A stretch of DNA of 64,000 nucleotides from Octopus bimaculoides (Eukaryota). Every line of letters begins with the position of its first letter. The first letter of the stretch is position 1. Below the pieces are notes generated by a model. The model saw only the letters and a program-made list of their open reading frames with translations. It had not been told where the DNA came from and ran no database searches. The translations under genes were made by a program, and so were the position numbers. Below are positions 63,918-64,000 of this stretch, one piece after another. The stretch is taken from the NCBI RefSeq assembly GCF_001194135.2, contig NC_068995.1, forward strand, positions 24,530,575-24,594,574, given 5' to 3'.

Positions 63918-64000
63918 GCATATGGCATAGTGGTTAAAAGCACAGGCTACTAACCCCAAGATTCTGAGTTTGATTCCAAGCAGTGACCTGAATAATAATA
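63918..64000 (+). mobile_element. Short tRNA-derived SINE family D with (AAT)n tail
   Basis: tggcatagtggttaaaagcacaggctactaaccccaagattctgagtttgattcc...tgaataataata, preceded by (ATT)n. Confidence 0.65.

Noticed and set aside
1-64000. tRNA genes, rRNA, CRISPR arrays or prokaryotic systems
   Set aside because: All A/B-box motifs are SINE heads without cloverleaf 3' ends; no regular repeat-spacer array or operon-like coding density.

Overview
AT-rich, repeat-dense eukaryotic DNA with five N-gaps. The SINE/LINE repertoire and microsatellite load look like an Octopus (coleoid cephalopod) draft scaffold; this taxon call is inferred from recalled repeat families, not from a search. One well-supported protein-coding gene lies on the minus strand: a TPR-solenoid protein of at least ~1165 aa. 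Its 3.35-kb terminal exon (51478-48125) joins in phase 0 to an upstream exon (54911-54673) that the ORF track did not link. The rest is intronic/intergenic DNA filled with at least four tRNA-derived SINE families and decayed transposons, most not visible in the ORF track: RTE, CR1-like and I/Ingi-like LINEs, a Penelope-like element with RT and GIY-YIG motifs, hAT and mariner transposase relics, and MITEs. Structural oddities include a hammerhead-ribozyme-like core, a ~290-bp inverted repeat just downstream of the gene, an 89-nt hairpin, a templated duplication at a SINE insertion site and a same-strand SINE array. Repeat boundaries are approximate (tens of bp) unless a motif is quoted, and not every SINE copy is listed.
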